A DNA stretch of 64,000 nt from Takakia lepidozioides (taxonomy: Eukaryota > Plantae > Bryophyta), in contig CM060731.1 in the NCBI GenBank assembly GCA_030704615.1, positions 37,696,001 through 37,760,000 of the forward strand, written 5' to 3'. Position numbers and translations under genes: made by a program. The notes under the pieces are model-generated. The model saw only the letters and a program-made list of their open reading frames with translations, did no database searches and was not told the origin of the DNA. This document shows positions 62,391 to 64,000 of this stretch, piece by piece (position 1 is the stretch's first letter; every line of letters begins with the position of its first letter).

Positions 62391-64000
62391 AAACCAAAGA
62401 CACGAGCAACCACCAAACGCACACCAGCAGATAGCAGTAGAGAGCTTTAGAGCAAAGCATAGCATGAACAGAAGCCAGAACATAACATTGGTATCTATTT
62501 ATCTTTCGCACTCCGCAAGTGTGACTCAACTTTTATCCAAAATTAAATCTCCCATATGTTTAACTTTCTGTCAAGATTATTCACTTTTATGTATTTTTAG
62601 ATCTCTGAATAGGCTGCACGAAAAGTAAAAGACATCGTAAGAAAAAAATAGGAATGAGCAGCCTCGTGGACTTTGCTTCCTCCAAATGCAGAAATGAGTC
62701 TACGCACGCATGAATGACAGGCTTGAGAAAAACTTTTCACTGACCCGAAAATAGGTTATGCATTTACTCAACTGCTCTTCATCTTACGACGGCCACCTTG
62801 TACACCACCTTACGACGGCCAGATAGGAAACCATACTGCATCCACGATTGCTTGAACAGGGCGCTTAAAGACAAAGACTGCTCTCAATTAAAAGCGTCTG
62901 TAGCCTTGGTCAAGAATACTAAGATGTGGAGCCCTGGTAGCCATCAGCCTCTGTCCTCACATTCTGCATTGAGAGATGCAGCATGTCAAATGGCATCTTC
63001 TGCAGTGCTGCTGGGAGCTGATCATTATCAAAATTCAATAAGTTTATTAGCTTCTCACCACCTGGATGCCTGCCAATATGAGATTCAAGTCCCTGGAGAA
63101 GAAAGTTGCGAATGTTACATGCATGTCTAAGTCACGGAAGAAATTAGCAATTCAGAGCTGGCCTTTCATGAGAGCAACCGAGGTAGGATACAACGTTATG
63201 AAGCACCAGCTTAAATGGTCGGACATCCACTGCAACATGCAATCTTGTGGCAGACTGGGCAAAGTCAGGTACCGTAGTATATTTGCACTTCTAATTAGAC
63301 AAAAGTATGTACTCAGAGTGGTGGTGGCCAATTTCAAGGCGGATAACCAAAAGTTGGACATCTGGTTCAAACATTAAGCATGTGCATGTGCTGGCCAGAA
63401 GAGTCAAAGCTTAACAAAGAGCCGTTGCACAATGAGCAACATGTGAGGCTTCAGACTGCGCCCCAACATCCATCTACTTATCTGTCACGGCTTTCCTTCT
63501 TTTTGGCTTCCCTCTCCCTCTCCGCCGGATGTAAATATAAGTTTCCTTCAGGACTCCGATTTTCTCTCTCTTTCACCCTCTCTTTGTTATCTTAGGGTTC
63601 ATATGAAGACAAGTCACTCTACTGGAGTGAGCCGCTCCCAAAGGCAGTGCCTATTCCTTATGTTTCCGTCCAAACTGGGCTCTATGGCTACTACAAGCAA
63701 GTCTTATGACTACCTTCTTCGTGAAAAGGGAACACCGAACAAACTTGATGAAGCAAAATGTGAAAGGAAGTGTCATTGACAAGAATGCAGCTCAGCAGAC
63801 TGCAGATCAATTTTGTAGGTTGAAACTGTGGCGCAACGTGGGATTCTGTTTTTCCTTGGCGTTGGGGCTCAAGTTTGCTACCACCAAGGTACGAATTTTC
63901 CATCTCTTCGCTTCCCAGTAACTCAGATCAATTTCTTCTCAGGGTTCAAAGTGCTTGAACGCATTTGGCGGTAAGTTCACATGTAAAAAAGGTGAATATA

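Overview
Eukaryotic, transposon-rich, gene-poor nuclear DNA. It is most likely from a non-seed land plant (bryophyte/lycophyte-like); this is inferred from GLUTAMINE DUMPER-like genes, a TORNADO1-like Roco gene, spliceosomal introns and plant Copia/Gypsy/CACTA/MULE/LINE elements. Contents in order: a disrupted NLR-type LRR exon with an L1 fragment; a cluster of three GDU/VIMAG-type single-pass membrane genes; nested RTE-X-like LINE fragments; a frameshifted TORNADO1-like LRR-Roc-COR pseudogene with a duplicated LRR block; a Copia element broken by an inversion; a 5'-truncated Dualen/RandI-like LINE; a Gypsy remnant carrying a palindrome-rich MULE; an intact DMATS-family aromatic prenyltransferase ORF; a two-LTR Gypsy element; Copia remnants; and a CCCH/tandem-repeat gene. 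Three findings stand out. (1) An apparently intact fungal-type DMATS gene with a long N-terminal extension and an altered acceptor-site residue is embedded in plant DNA. (2) The Dualen-like LINE carries a chromodomain-like segment and a PCIF1/CAPAM-like adenine methyltransferase domain ahead of RNase H and a restriction-like endonuclease. (3) A covarying multi-hairpin RNA structure at that LINE's 3' end recurs as a stand-alone diverged copy at 874-975. All family assignments come from motif recognition by eye; no searches or folding programs were run.
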